Origin: the human T2T-CHM13v2.0 reference genome, Homo sapiens
Length of the DNA: 64,000 nt
NCBI RefSeq assembly: GCF_009914755.1
Contig: NC_060925.1
Strand: one strand, 5' to 3'
Shown: one piece after another, positions 16,007 through 30,450 of the stretch
Numbering within the stretch: position 1 is the first letter of the stretch
Layout: each line of letters begins with the position of its first letter
Program-made: the position numbers and the translations under genes
The notes under the pieces: generated by a model
Databases searched by the model: none
Seen by the model: only the letters and a program-made list of their open reading frames with translations
Told to the model about the DNA's origin: nothing

Positions 16007-16508
16007 TTTTTTAAAAAGTTTAGAGCAGAAATCAATGAAATTGAAATCAGAAAAATAGAGAAAATAAATTAAACACTGATTCTTTAACAAGAAAGACAGA
16101 GAAGACACAAATTGCTGACATAAACAATGACATAAACAATGAAAGAGGGGACATCACTACTTTCCCTTTTTACAGACAGTAAAAGGATAATAGAGAATCC
16201 TAGGGACAACTCTGTGCACACATATACAACAACTTAGATAAAATGGACCAATTCCTTGAAAGACACAAATTATCAGAACTCATTCAAGGAGAAATAAAGT
16301 GAATAGTCCTGAATCTATTAAAAGATCTAATTCATAGCTTCCAAAAAGGAAAACTTGAGGTCAAATGATTTCACTGGTGAATTCTTCCAAACATTTGAAG
16401 AAGAAATAGCAGCAATTCTTCACAATCTCTTCCAGAAGATAGAGGCAACACTTTGTAGCTCATTTTATGAAACCAGCATTACACTTGTATCAAAACTAGA
16501 CAAAGACA

Positions 16509-16796
16509 CCAGGCATGGTGGCTTACACCTGTAATCCCAGCACTTTGGGAGGCTGAGGTGGGGGGGGATCACCTGAGGTCAGGAGTTTGAGACCAGCCTG
16601 GCTAACATGGTGAAACCCCGCCTCTACTGAAAATACAAAAAATTAGCCAGGTGCAGTGGCGGGTGCCTGTAATCCTAGCTACTCAAGAGGCTGAGGCAGG
16701 AGAATTGCTTGAACACAGGAGGCAGAAGTTGCGGTGAGCTGAGATCTTGCCACTGCACTCCAGCCTGGGCAACAAGAGCAAAACTCCATCTCAAAA

Positions 16797-16829
<33 letters not shown>

Positions 16830-16830
16830 A
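16509..16830 (+). mobile_element. AluS
   Basis: Alu consensus match. Confidence 0.95.
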
Positions 16831-17015
16831 GAACAAAACTAGATAAAGACATCATGAGAAAAGAAAGCTACAGATCAATAACCTTCATGAACATAAGTGC
16901 AAAAATTCTTCAGCAAAATCTTAGCAAATCAAATTTAGCAATATATAACATGACACGTCACAACCAAATGAATTTTATCCCAGTAATACAAGGCTGGGTC
17001 AGTACTTGAAAATCA

Positions 17016-18300
17016 CTGGGTGTGATTGCAGCACTTTGGGAGGCCAAGGCGGGTGGATTAATTGACATGAGGAGTTCAAGACCAGCCTGGCCAACGTGGT
17101 GAAACCCCGTCTCTACTAAAAATACAAAAAATTAGCCAGGCGTGGTGGTACGCACCTGTAGTCCCAGCTACTTGGGAGGCTGAAGCAGGAGAATCGCCGG
17201 TGTGGGGAAAAGAAAGAGAAATCAGATTGTTACTGTGTCTGTGTAGAAAGAAGTAGACATGGGAGACTCCATTTTGTTCTGTACTAAGAAAAATTCTTCT
17301 GCCTTGAGATGCTGTTAATCTGTAACCTTGCCCCCAACCCCGTGCTCTCTGAAACATGTGCTGTGTCCACTCAGGGTTAAATGGATTAAGGGCTGTGCAA
17401 GATGTGCTTTGTTAAACAGAAGCTTGAAGGCAACATGCTCATTAAGAGTCATCACCACTCCCTAATCTCAAGTACCCAGGGGCACAAACACTGCGGAAGG
17501 CCGCAGGAACCTCTGCCTAGGAAAGCCAGGTATTGTCCAAGGTTTCTCCCCATGTGATAGTCTGAAATATGGCCTCGTGGGAAGGGAAAGACCTGACCGT
17601 CCCCTAGCCCGCACCCCCGTAAAGGGTCTGTGTTGAGGAGGATTAGTATAAGAGGAAGGAACGCCTCTTTGCAATTGAGACAAGAGGAAGGCATCTGTCT
17701 CCTGCCCGTCCCTGGGCAATGGAATGTCACGGTATAAAACCCGATTGTATGTTCCATCTACTGAGATAGGGGAAAACCGCCTTAGGGCTGGAGGTGGGAC
17801 ATGCGGGCAGCAATACTGCTCTTTAAGGCATTGAGATGTTTATGTGTATGCATATCTAAAGCACAGCACTTAATTCTTTACCTTGTCTATGATGCAGAGA
17901 CCTTTGTTCACATGTTTATCTGCTGACCTTCTCTCCACTATTATCCTATGACCCTGCCACATCCCCCTCTCCGAGAAACACCCAAGAATGATCAATAAAT
18001 ACTAAGGGAACTCAGAGGCTGGCAGGATCCTCCATATGCTGAACGCTGGTCCCCTGGGCCCCCTTATTTCTTTCTCTATGCTTTGTCTCTGTGTCTTTTT
18101 CTTTTCCAAGTCTCTCGTTCCACCTAACGAGAAACACCCACAGGTGTGGAGGGGCAACCCACCCCTTCAGCTGGAACCTGGGAGATGGAAGTTGCAGTGA
18201 GTTGAGATCAAGCCACTGGATACCAGCCTGGGCGACAGAGCAAGACTTTGTCTCAAAAAAAAAAAAAAAAAAGAAAGAAAGAAAAAGAAAAAGAAAAAGA
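17016..18300 (+). mobile_element. AluS split by the LTR5 (17016-17200 and 18170-18300)
   Basis: Alu resumes as gctggaacctggg after the LTR. Confidence 0.92.
17201..18169 (+). mobile_element. HERV-K (HML-2) solo LTR, LTR5B-like, inserted in an Alu
   Basis: TGTGGGGAAAAGAAAGAG...ACCCCTTCA, 969 nt; TATAAAA at 17733, AATAAA at 17994; near-TSD gccgg/gctgg. Confidence 0.96.
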
Positions 18301-18859
18301 ATAAAAGAAAGAAAATCAATGTAATGTACACTTATATAAACATTAACTCAAAATGGATCATAACAAAACTATGCGATTTAACACATCCTCAAAAAGTTAC
18401 ACGGAAAGTTTCCAAATGGCCCAGCAACTCCACTCCTAAGCATACTCAAGAGAAATGCAAACGTACACCCACACAAAAACCTGTACACAAATGTTCATAG
18501 CAGCAGTGTTCATATCAGCTAAAAAGTTGAAACAACCGAAATGTTCGTCAACTGATGAGTGGATCAATAAAACATGGTATATACACACAATGGAATATTA
18601 TGAAGCTATAAAAAGAAATCAAGTACTGATATCTGCTACAACATGGATGAATCTTGAAAACATGCAAAGTGAAAGAAGTCACAGAAGAACACATATTGTA
18701 TACTTCCATTTACATAAAATGCCCAGAATAGGCAAATTTACGGAGACAGGGTGGGTTAGTGGTTAGTGGTTTAGGACTAAGGGTGGGAAGTAGGGAAGAG
18801 GATTGATTGGTAATGGGTATGAAGTTTCTTTTGGGGTGAATGATAATGTTCTAAAATTA

Positions 18860-19216
<357 letters not shown>

Positions 19217-19260
19217 TTACTTTACATTTTAAATGAGTGACTTGCATGGCATGTGAATTA

Positions 19261-19623
<363 letters not shown>

Positions 19624-19711
19624 GAGACCTGAATGTAAAACATAAAATTATTATAAAACTCTTAGAAAAAAAATAGGAGAAAATCTTTATAAGCTTTAAT
19701 TAAGCAAATAT

Positions 19712-19823
19712 TTTTTTTTTTGAGAGCATCTCACTATGTTGCCCAAGCTCCCTTCAAACTCCTGGGTTCAAGCAATCCTCCCATCTCAGCCTCCTGAGAA
19801 GCTGGGACTACAAGTGTGTGCCA
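19712..19823 (-). mobile_element. FLAM/Alu monomer
   Basis: Monomer consensus match. Confidence 0.8.
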
Positions 19824-19987
19824 AAGAGCTGTAACATATAATATCAAAAGCACAATCCATGAAACAAAAAATTGATAAATTGGATTTCATCAAAATTTAA
19901 AGCATTTTATCAGTGAAGGACATTGTTAAGAGAATAAAAAGACAATTGAGAGGAAAACAGTTGTATGACACATCATACAAAGCCATA

Positions 19988-20296
19988 TGATATGGTTTGG
20001 ATTTCTGTCTCCGCCCAAATCTCATGTCAAATTGTAATCCCCAGTGTTAGAGGAGGGGCCTGGTGGGAGGTGATTGGATCATAGGGGCAGATTTCCCCTT
20101 GCTGTTCTCATGATAGTGAGTGAATTATCACAAGATCTGGTTGTTGAAAAGTGTATAGTACCTCCCCTTTCACTCTCTTCCTCCTGCTCACAAGAGGTGC
20201 CTGCTTCCCCTTTGCCTTCTGCTATGATTGTAAATTTCCTGAGGCCTCCAGAGTCATGCTTCCTGTACAGCCTGTGGAACCTGAGCCAATTAAACC

Positions 20297-20328
<32 letters not shown>

Positions 20329-20629
20329 GAGATGGAATCTCACTCTTGCTCAGGCTGGAGTGCAGTGGCGTGATCTCGGCTCACTGAAACCTCCACATCC
20401 CAGGTTCAAGCGATTCTCCTGCCTCAGCCTCCTGAGTAGCTGGGATTACAGGCGCATACCACCACGCCTGGCTAATTTTTGTATTTTTAGTAGAAACGGG
20501 GTTTCACCATGTTGGTCAGGTTGGTCTTGAACTCCTAACCTTGTGATCCACCTGCCTCAGCCTCCCTTTCTTTATAAATTACCCAGTTTATGGTATTTCT
20601 TTATAGCAGTACAAGAACAGATTAATATA
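19988..20629 (+). mobile_element. MSTA-like MaLR LTR with an internal Alu
   Basis: TGATATGGTTTGG start; 5-bp TSD ccata on both sides. Confidence 0.88.
20298..20565 (-). mobile_element. AluS inside the MST LTR
   Basis: Alu consensus match. Confidence 0.93.
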
Positions 20630-20667
20630 CCATATATTTAGAATATATCTGTTTAAAAACCCTGTCA

Positions 20668-20874
<207 letters not shown>

Positions 20875-21012
20875 TTAAAAGAAAGAAACAATATGAATGG
20901 ATGTTCACCAGAGAATATATACAGATAGCAAATAAACATCTCAAAAGATGCTCAACATCATTAGTTATTAGAGAAATGCAAATTTAAAACAAAATGAAAC
21001 ATTATTACACGT

Positions 21013-21643
21013 GTGCTTGATATTTATTGCTGTGTAACAAATTACCCCAAAACTTAGTGGCTAAAACAACATGATGTTTATCTCAGTTTCTGTGGGTCAA
21101 GGATCCAGGAACAGCTTAATTGGGTTCTCTGCCTTAGAGTCCCTCACAAGGCTCCAATCAAGTTATTGGTTGGGGCTGTGAACGCCAATGAAGGCTGGGA
21201 GGCTGGAGGGAAAGGATCTTCTTCCAAGCATGATTATTCACAGGATTCAGTTACTTGAGGGCTGTTGGACTGAGGGCCTCAGTTCCTCGCTAAGGAACAG
21301 TGGAGTTCCTCCACTGTTGGTTGGAGATGGCCTTCAGTCCCTTGCCAGGGTTGACCCTTCCCATCAGATCAAGCACGCAAGAGGAGCCAGCAAGAGAAGT
21401 CCAGCAAGACAGAAGCCACAGTCTTTTGTAATGTGATCCCAGAAGCAACACCTCATCACTGTTGCCATATTAATTTCCATTTAAGAAAGTGAAAGGGAAA
21501 TTAATATTGTTAGTATTTCTTCTTCTATTCATTAGAACCAAGGTATTAGGTTCGGCCCAAACTCAAGACGAGGAAATTATCCAAGGGTACAATTACCTGG
21601 AGGCATGAATACCATGGGAGCCATGTCAGAAGCCTCCTACCAT
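21013..21643 (-). mobile_element. MLT1 (MLT1D/E-like) MaLR LTR
   Basis: gctgtgtaacaaattaccccaaaacttagtggc motif and MLT1 body. Confidence 0.75.
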
Positions 21644-21854
21644 GTGCCCTTTTGAGATTAGCTAAAATTTGAAAATACTGACAATACCAAGTGTTAGCAA
21701 GGGTTCAAAGCAACAGGAATTCTCATACATTGCTGGTGGGAATGCAAAATGTCACAGCCACTCTGGAAAACAGTTTGGCACTTTCTTAAAAAGTTGAACA
21801 TATATCATGTTACCCAGCAATCTCACTTCTAGGTATTCATTCTAGGGAATGGAA

Positions 21855-22087
21855 AATGAGAACACATGGACACAGGGGCACACATCACTGGGGACTGTCA
21901 AGGGGTGGGGGCAAGGGGAGAGAGAGCATTAAGACAAATACCTAAAGCATACGGGGCTTAAAACCTAGGTGATGGGTTGATAGGTGCAGCAAACCACCGT
22001 GGCACATGTATACCTATGTAACAAACCTGCATATTCTGCACATGTATCCCAGAACTTACAGTAAAATAAAATAAAAATAAAAATAAG
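21855..22087 (+). mobile_element. L1PA 3' end fragment
   Basis: gagaacacatggacac...acatgtatcccagaactt followed by A-rich tail. Confidence 0.85.
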
Positions 22088-22347
22088 AACTTATATCCAA
22101 CAAAAACCTGTATACAAATGTTTCTAGCAGCATTATTCATAATCATCCAATGCTGGAACCAACTCAAATGTCCTTCAGTGAGTGAATGAATAAAAAAATT
22201 GTGGTATATCCATTAAAGTTACTACCCAGCAGTGAAAAGGACTTAATTATTAATAAATGCAACAACATGGATAAATCTAAAATACTAAGTGAAAGAACCC
22301 AATCTCCAAACTCATCTCACACACATAATGTGTGATTCCATTTATAT

Positions 22348-24509
22348 TGTTACTGGCAGAGGGTGTCCAAGTTCTTGGTGTCTTGAGCAAAGAATTGCAC
22401 AAAACTCACAAACAAAGCAAGGTAAGAATGAAGCAACAGAAGCAGAAATTTATTGAAAATGAAAGTACACTCCATAGTGTGGGAATGGCCCGAGCATAGG
22501 GGCTCAAGGGCCCCGTTAAGAATTTGGGGGAGTTTACCCATTTACAATTGCTACAAAGAGAATAAAATACCTAGGAATCCAACTTACAAGGGATGTGAAG
22601 GACCTCTTCAAGGAGAACTACAAACCACTGCTCAGTGAAATAAAAGAGGACACAAACAAATGGAAGAACATTCCATGCTCATGGATAGGAAGAATCAATA
22701 TTGTGAAAATGGCCATACTGTCCAAGGTAATTTATAGATTCAATGCCATCCCCATCAAGCTACCAATCACTTTCCTCACAGAATTGGAAAAAACTACTTT
22801 AAAGTTCATATGGAACCAAAAAAAGAGCCTGCATAGCCAAGACAATCCTAAGCAAAAAGAACAAACCTGGAAGCATCATGCTACCTGACTTCAAACTATA
22901 CGACAAGGCTACAGTAACCAAAACAGCATGGTACTGGTACCAAAACAGATATATAGACCAATAGAACAGAACAGAGGCCTCAAAAATAACACCACACATC
23001 TACAACCATCTGATCTTTGACAAACCTGACAAAAACAAGAAATAGGGAAAGGATTCCCTATTTAATAAATGGTGCTTGGAAACCTGGCTAGCCATATGTA
23101 GAAAGACGAAACTGGATCCCTTCCTTACACTTCATACAAAAATTAATTCAAGATGGATTAAAGACTTAAATGTAACACCTAAAACCATAAAAACCCTAGA
23201 AGAAAACCTAGGCAATACCATTCAGGACATAGGCATGGGCAAAGACTTCATGACTAAAACACCAAAAGCAATGGCAACAAAAGCCAAAATAGACAAGTGG
23301 GATCTAATTAAACTAAAGAGCTTCTGCACAGCAAAAGAAACTACCATCAGAGTGAACAGGCAACCTACAGAATGGGAGAAAATTTTTGCAATCTACCCAT
23401 CTGACAAAGGGTTAATATCCAGAATCTACAAAGAACTTAAACAAATTTACAAGAAAAAAACAACCCCAGCAAAAAGTGGGCAAAGGATATGAACAGACAC
23501 TTCTCAAAAGAAGACATTTATGCAGCCAACAGACACATGAAAAAATGCTCATCATCACTGGTCATCAGAGAAATGCAAATCAAAATCACAATGAGATACC
23601 ATCTCACGCCAGTTAGAATGGTGATCCATTAAAAAGTCAGGAAACAACAGATGCTGGGGAGGATGTGGAGAAATAGGAATGCTTTTACACCGTTGGTGGG
23701 AGTGTAAACTAGTTCAACCATTGTGGAAGACAGTGTGGTGATTCCTCAAAGATCTAGAACCAGAAATACCATTTGACTCAACGATCCCATTTCTGGGTAT
23801 ATACCCAAAGGATTATAAATAATGCTACTATAAAGACACATGCACACGTATGTTTATTGTGGTACTATTCACAATAGCAAAGACTTGGAACCAACTCAAA
23901 TGTCCATGGATGATAGACTGGATTAAGAAAATGTGGCACATATACACCATGGAATACTGTGCAGTCATAAAAAAGGATGAGTTCATGTCCTTTGCAGGGA
24001 CATGGATGAAGCTAGAAACCATCATTCTCAGCAAACTATCACAAGGATAGAAAACCAAACACTGCATGTTCTCACTCATAGGTGGGAATTGAACAATGAG
24101 ATCACTTGGACACAGGGCGGGAAACATCACACACCGGGGCCTGTTTGGGGGTGGGGGCTGGGGAAGGGATAGCATTAGGAGAAATACTTAATGTAAATGA
24201 CAAGTTGATGGGTGCAGCAAACCAACATGGCACATGTATACATATGTGACAAACCTGCATGTTGTGTACATGTACCCTAGAACTTAAAGTATAATAATTA
24301 AAAAAAAAAAAAGACTTTTAGGGAGTTTAGATACCCTCTAGAGGATTCCATTGGTTACTTGGTGTATGCCCTATGTAAATGAAGAGGATGAAATAAAGTT
24401 ACAAAGTCATTTACTCTGCATACGCTCTATAAAGAGGATATTTCCTGTCATAGCTGAAGTGTGAATTGGCCTTATGTTCCCTGCCTGCAGACCCTATTTT
24501 CCTGCCTCA
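22348..24509 (-). mobile_element. ERV1 solo LTR (LTR19-like) split by an L1PA
   Basis: tgttac...cctgcctca termini with TSD atat; halves at 22348-22536 and 24311-24509. Confidence 0.8.
22537..24312 (+). mobile_element. 5'-truncated L1PA (L1PA7-like): ORF2 3' part, 3'UTR and polyA
   Basis: ORF2 peptides [12 protein letters not shown].. and [11 protein letters not shown]..; degenerate TSD aagaatttgggggagttta/aagacttttagggagttta. Confidence 0.95.
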
Positions 24510-24836
24510 ATATGACATTCTGGAAAAGGCAAAAATATAGGAATAGAGAACAGATCAGTGGTTGCCAGGGTTAAGGGATAAGGGAGAGAATTTGCATAGA
24601 AATCAGCCAGGAACAGTGCATTTGACAATAAAAAGCACAAACAGATGGTTCCTGAACCTGAAGAAAAAGAGATGGTATCTGGATGCTACAAAGAATCTTT
24701 ATGTGCAGTGACTGGGCAATAAACAAATTTGTAAATACCTCTTCTCTACCCATTCTAGATCTTTGTCAATATGTCACTATGCCTCACATTGGCCCATGAA
24801 ATTGCTAATATATTTTTTAATCAAATGTTTTATATA

Positions 24837-25122
<286 letters not shown>

Positions 25123-25258
25123 TTAGTATTACTAGTGTTTCCTATGTACTGGACATTGTACAAGTACATTTTGTCATCACAGTCACACATCATCTTCATT
25201 ATAGCCCTATGTCATGGAAAGAGGTTGCTATTCCTGTTTTACTGAAAGAGAAGACTCA

Positions 25259-25651
<393 letters not shown>

Positions 25652-25771
25652 CTATTCTCAAATACTGAACTCTGTGGGAGAAAAGCAAAAATAACCTTTA
25701 CTTGCCCTCATTGATTCTTATAGAAGGCTGGAATGAAAACTATGTAGGAAATCTTCAAATAAAAGAATTTA

Positions 25772-26045
25772 GGCCGGGTGCGGTGGCTCATGCCCGTAAT
25801 CCCAGCATTTTGGGAGGCTGAGGTGGGTGGATCACGTGAGGTCAGGAGTTCTAGACCAGCCTGGCCGACATGGTGAAACCCCCTCTCTGCTAAAAATACA
25901 CAAATTAGCCGGGCATGGTGGCAGGCGCCTGTAATCCCAGCTACTCGGGGGGCTGAGGCAGGAGAATCGCTTGAACCCGGGAGGCCATCGCACTCCACCT
26001 GGGGGACAAGAGTGAGACTTCATCTCAAAAAAAAAAAAAAAAAAA
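25772..26045 (+). mobile_element. AluS inserted 48 nt into the ZNF terminal exon
   Basis: Alu consensus; TSD aaaagaatt. Confidence 0.93.
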
Positions 26046-26546
26046 GAATTATTCTTTACAGAAAACTTTCTTGCTGCCAAATATAGGAAAAGGTGACAGT
26101 CAGATAACTCAGATTCACAACTACATTATGACTCCTGAAGGGGAGGATTCCAGGAACACAGATAAGATCTTTCTCTCATCATACATGGGAAGGGGAACCT
26201 GCAGGAGCAAGAATGGTAAGGTTAATCTTTGAGGGGATGATACTAAAAAAATACAGAAAATCAAGAGGATACAGCTTGAGAAACGGAGAAATCTGCCCAG
26301 CCAGGGCCTTATATAAAATTCTATGATTCCTTGTTAGTATGGTGGTGAGTTTTTAAAAAAGTCCTATGTGAGTGAAGGCCGAAATACATTCTTCAGGCAG
26401 CAAAGGTTACTTTGGGATCCAGAACAATATTGAAAGAAGAGTAAAATGTGGGAGTGAGAGACCTTCTCCCAGAAAATATTGCTTAGAGAAGCTCCAAAGT
26501 CAACTGTTGCCTGGCTTTATAGAGCAACACTCTCCATTACCTAATG

Positions 26547-26891
26547 CAGGGGTTCCCAGTCCCCCAGCCACAGGTACCAGTCTGTGGCCTGTTAGGAACC
26601 TAGACACACAGCAAAAGGTGAGCGGTGGGTGGCAAGCATTACCACCTGAGCTCCGTCCGCCTTCTGTCAGATCAGCGGCAGCATTAGATTCTCATAGCAG
26701 CGCAAACCCTATTGTGAACTGTGCACGCAAGGGATCTAGGCTGTGTGCTCCTTATGAGAATCTAACTAATGCCTGATGATCTGAAGTGGAACAGTTTCAT
26801 TCCGAAATCCTTCCCCCTCCTCGCCCCTGTCCATGGAAAAATTGTCTTCTATGAAACTGGTCCCTGGTACTCAAAAGGTTGGGGAACGCTG
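26547..26891 (+). mobile_element. MER1B (hAT-Charlie MITE) inside the ZNF terminal exon
   Basis: CAGGGG..CCC / GGTTGGGGAACGCTG TIRs; degenerate 8-bp TSD acctaatg/agctaata. Confidence 0.92.
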
Positions 26892-27006
26892 AGCTAATAG
26901 CTCAGAAACCTAATCCAACTCTGTACTTAGGGTTACGAATATTTATAACCAGAAATCACAATTTGTCACAAACGGGAACCAAAGAAACATAGAACAGAAG
27001 TCCTAA

Positions 27007-27329
<323 letters not shown>

Positions 27330-28411
27330 AGAAAATTTTTTTGTAATCACTCAAATGTGCAAGGATATACCATAACTCACAGAGAAATTATATATAGATG
27401 AATGACTCAGATATAGCTGAACCCCTTACCAACTATCACCAAATTCAGACATTCCACAAGGAGAGAAACCCTGCCAATGTTTGTGGTAGGCCTTCAGCTA
27501 AGGTATTTCCTTTGAGATCATGAGACAATCGGACAGAAGAGAACCTTGTATATGTGAAGAATGTGTTAAAAGCTTTGGCCCAATTCCTCTTGGAGTGCAC
27601 ACAATAGAGGGGGCTTATAAATATGATGCATGAATTGTGGGTATCAGCTGGTACAAAAATTTTTCCAATTATGAAAGCACCTGTGCAGGAGGAAAACCTT
27701 TGAAGTGAAGGGAATGTGGTCAGGGTTATTGTACAGTTGGAGATCCACATGGGACTCAGGAACCGTATGGGAGAGCAACCCTACCTGTGTGATGAACGTA
27801 GTGAGAGCTTCACCAGGTGCTCCTCTCTTCTCCTTTGTAGTACCCTCCCTCCATTCAGGAGAGAAAGCACATCATTATCATTTCTAAGAGCGGTGAGAAT
27901 TTTTCTCAGAGTGCAAAACTTGGCACTGATGAGCAAGTGCATAGGGGAGAGAGACCCCATAAATGTGATGAGTTCAGTACGGGCTTCTCTCAAGCCTCAG
28001 AAGTTCACATTCACCAGAGAATCCACACTAAAGAAAATTGCTATTAATGAGTGTAATACAAACTTCAGTCAGAAGGGAAATGTTCACCTTTAGTAGAATC
28101 TAGGCAGAAGAGAATCAATGTGATAATAAGGACTGTCAAAACATTCAAATACATTCAAGTTATAAAGCTGCAGAATAGATGCCTACTATAAATGTGACAA
28201 TTAAACTTGGGGTTGGGGTGAGGAAGTTTACCCAGTATCTTAAAACTCAACAAAATTATACATAGGAAATAAACAATACCAATAGCCTAAATTAAATCTA
28301 AATGAAAATATTACTTGCCAAGTGTTTCAATGTTACAAAATGTTTTAAGGGGTTACCATAAGGTTCTGTTTGTAAGGAAGCAAGGAAGAGAGTTGAAGAG
28401 ACTGATCTCTT

Positions 28412-28673
28412 GGCCGGGCAGGGCTGTAATTCCAGCACTTTGGGAGGCCGAGGTGGGCGGATCACCTGAGGTCAGTTCAAGACCAGCCTGGCCAACATGG
28501 TGAAACCCTGTCTCTACTAAAAATACAAAAAATTACCCGGGCATGGTGGCAGGTGCCCATAATCCCAACTACTCGGAGGCCCAGGCAGGAGAATTGCTTG
28601 AACCCGGGAGGCTGCAGTGAGCCGAGATTGTGTCATTGCACTCTAGCCTGGGTGACAGAGTGAGACTCCATCT

Positions 28674-28708
<35 letters not shown>
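28412..28708 (+). mobile_element. AluS
   Basis: TSD agactgatctctt. Confidence 0.93.
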
Positions 28709-28710
<2 letters not shown>

Positions 28711-29188
28711 CTGATCTCTTATAAAACATTCTGGAGCCATAATGAGACCAAACAGAAACAAAATCAAAACCTCAGGGAGAGTTGGTTTCATAACATGACT
28801 CACCCAGTGGTAGGAGATTTTGCCAAGAATGCAAGTGACCATGGAGATAAGGCCACAGTGCTATTTTTCCTGGGTAATGATGTTCTATGCAATTGTGTGA
28901 AATCTTGTCTTATTTGAGATGTGTGAAACTTTCCACTTTAGCATCTTTTACAAGGGTATATTCATCTCTCAAATTGTGGTTTACAGACCACCTGTATCAG
29001 AAGTACTCAAAGTGTGTACTAAAGTGTAAATAGTACTACTTTAGTATTTTATACACAAAAACTTTAGTGTACGTAATTATCTGGGGGTACTTGAAAATAC
29101 AGATTCCTGAGCCTCATCCCATATCTACTTAATCACTCAGTGGGTACAGAGACCAAGGGTTTGCATTTATAAAAGCTCCTCCCCCAGA

Positions 29189-29702
29189 GCTGGGCGCAGT
29201 GGCTCATACTTATAATCTCAGCAACTTGGGAGGCTGAGGCAGGAGGATTGCTTAAGACCAGGAGTTTGAGACAAGCCTGAGCAACAGAGTGAGACCCCTG
29301 TATTAGTCCGTTTTCATGCTGCTATAAAGAACTGCCTGAGACTGGGTAATTTATAAATGAAAGAGGTTTAATTGACTCACAGTTTCGCATTGCTGGGTAG
29401 TCCTCAGGAAACTTACAACCATGGTGAAAGGCAAAGGAGAAGCAAACACCTTCTTCACAGGGTGGCAGAACGGAGTGAATGCAAACAGGGGAAATGCCAG
29501 ACACTTATAAAACCACCATATCTCGTGAGACTCACTCACTATCACGAGAATAGCATGAGGGAAACCGCCCCCATGATCCAATTACCTCCATCTGGTCCTG
29601 CCCTTGACACATGGAGATTATGGGGATTACAATTCAAGGTGAGATTTGGGTGGGGACACAGGGCCAAGCCATATCAACCCCTGTCCAAAAAAAAAAAAAA
29701 AA
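29189..29702 (+). mobile_element. FLAM_C split by the THE1
   Basis: Monomer resumes as tgtcc plus polyA after the LTR. Confidence 0.85.
29299..29676 (-). mobile_element. THE1D-like MaLR LTR inserted in a FLAM
   Basis: tgtattagtc...ccatatca termini; TSD acccc. Confidence 0.92.
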
Positions 29703-30161
29703 GTTTTTAAGCTCTTTTTCCCATTGCAGGTGATTTTTATGCATGCAAAAGCTGGAGAATTATTCTATGAGATGTTTGGATGAGGTCAAGAAAAACAAAA
29801 TCTTAAGTGGCACTTTTGCTAGTGTCCTGAATCTACTGGATATTGACATTTTTACCAACAAATTGATAGAAATCAGGAAGTAAAATTCAGGAGACTTGAA
29901 ACACACAACAACCAGCCCAAGGGAATATTAACAAATGGCTGACAGCACCCAGGATAAGACAGGTGATGGCCACAAATGAAAACTAATGGAGTCAAGCAGC
30001 CACAATTCAGCTTCAAACAGCATCAGCTTAATAAGGGGAATCTGGTATGAGTCTATTATATCTGAAAAATAAGAAATGGATTGAGAAGTTCAAATATTAG
30101 AGTGGGATAATAGTTAAATTATCCTTAGTGCAATGATGATTATATTAGAAACACCAGGATA

Positions 30162-30450
30162 GGCCGGGCGTGGTGGTTCACGCCTGTAATCCCAGCACTT
30201 TAGGAGGCCAAGGTGTGCGGATTACCTGAGGCCAGGAGCTTGAGACCAGCCTGGCCAAGATAGCTAAAAATACAAAAATTAGCCGGGTGTGTTGGTGCAC
30301 ACATCCAGCTACTCGGGAGTCTGAGGGGGAAGAATTGCTTGAACCTGGGAGGCAGAGGTTTTAGTGAGCCGAGATCATGCCACTGCACTCACTCCAGGCT
30401 GCGCGACAGAGTGAGACTCCATCTGAAAAAAAAAAAAAATGGAAAGAAAG
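30162..30450 (+). mobile_element. AluS
   Basis: TSD agaaacaccaggata. Confidence 0.93.

Larger units (their letters stand above)
28960..29760. mobile_element. MER5A-like hAT fragment hosting the FLAM and THE1
   Basis: atacagattcctgagcctcatccc..ttgcatttataaaagctcc before the FLAM and caggtgatttttatgcatgc after it. Confidence 0.55.

Noticed and set aside
22595-24050. L1 ORF2-like ORFs as an active element
   Set aside because: 5'-truncated and broken by stops and frameshifts.
26050-26061. ttattctttacag as the acceptor of the zinc-finger exon
   Set aside because: Homology continues upstream of the Alu at 25772 to a better, phase-compatible acceptor at 25723; this AG lies inside the ancestral exon.
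26372-26776. 134-aa ORF as a live gene
   Set aside because: The first half is dead ZNF spacer and the second half is MER1B translation.
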